Below, piece by piece: positions 63,515-64,000 of a stretch of 64,000 nucleotides of DNA. The DNA is from a virus (taxonomy: Duplodnaviria; Caudoviricetes): IMG/VR virus record IMGVR_UViG_3300037422_000298, one strand, 5' to 3'. A program made the translations under genes and the position numbers. The notes beneath the pieces were generated by a model that was not told the DNA's origin, ran no database searches, and saw only the letters and a list, made by a program, of their open reading frames with translations. Position 1 is the stretch's first letter. Each line of letters starts with the position of its first letter.

Positions 63515-64000
63515 CATCCGCGCGCCGCGCGGCCCCGACACGGATTGGCGTAACGTAGGCCGACCGGGCTACTTCGGCAAACGTCGCGACGCGATTCATG
63601 TTCGCTACGACGTCGAGTACGGCGCCGGTAACTGGCGCCTCGTTTGGATCGTTCCAGGCTTTCAAGACGCGCCAGACCTCACGTTCGACTTCGCGCAGGC
63701 TTGCAAAGTCCTCTACGAAGAAAGCTACGTGCGGTACCTAATCGATCGTCCGAGCGATCTCGACTTCATCTGCGAGTTCGTCAACTGCATCGACAATTCG
63801 CCGACGAACGTTCACAGCGGGCTCGACTACACGATTCAAGAAGCCAGCTCGACGCACATCCAGGACATCGCGGTCCGCAACGTCCTCGATCGACTGGGCC
63901 GCAAGTTCACCGGCAAGCGCGAAGAGCTGTTGATCATCCGATCGGCTGACTCGAATGGTTTTTGCTTCGGGCCTGGCAACGTACCGTTCTACGCGCGCGA
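63501..64000 (+). CDS. partial hypothetical protein (GRPGYFGKRRD...), runs off the window edge
   Basis: GTG with AAGGTG SD; frame open to the end. Confidence 0.65.
   Translation, partial: MPNDDIRAPRGPDTDWRNVGRPGYFGKRRDAIHVRYDVEYGAGNWRLVWIVPGFQDAPDLTFDFAQACKVLYEESYVRYLIDRPSDLDFICEFVNCIDNSPTNVHSGLDYTIQEASSTHIQDIAVRNVLDRLGRKFTGKREELLIIRSADSNGFCFGPGNVPFYAR

Noticed and set aside
1-64000. Stop-codon reassignment
   Set aside because: TAA, TAG and TGA all terminate well-defined genes, and conserved enzymes are uninterrupted in the standard code.

Overview
This window looks like part of a large, GC-rich bacterial virus genome. It has tightly packed, often 4-bp-overlapping genes with Shine-Dalgarno sites. 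No rRNA or CRISPR array was seen, and no terminase, portal, HK97 capsid or tail gene was recognised. Four blocks are visible. (1) 0.7-20.8 kb is a replication, recombination and nucleotide operon: SNF2-type helicase, Cas4-like exonuclease with intein, Sak4-like ATPase, DUF669 SSB, class II RNR with intein, HerA-like ATPase, UDG-PolA fusion, DinG helicase, dTMP kinase and a Dam-family methylase. (2) 21.7-34.2 kb is a probable late/virion block: many small poly-Arg-tagged proteins, membrane proteins, a GP88-like protein with intein, a transglycosylase, three paralogous beta-rich proteins and a membrane-anchored C39-like peptidase. (3) and (4) are two sets of small early-type genes diverging from a quasi-symmetric control region at about 39.0-39.4 kb. 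They include a MoxR(intein)/vWA pair, a CoaB-like/aldolase-like fusion, a MazG-like protein, a second transglycosylase, an endonuclease VII-like protein and a DUF2935 protein. Two candidate new systems stand out. (a) A 'hydrophobic-Gly plus poly-Arg tag' is shared by about a dozen proteins and by the C39 peptidase itself, suggesting a packaging-tag/maturation-protease system analogous to adenovirus core processing. (b) A palindromic GATC-N8-GATC element recurs at intergenic promoter sites in a genome that encodes its own Dam-like methylase. All functional calls come from motif recognition by eye; no searches were run.
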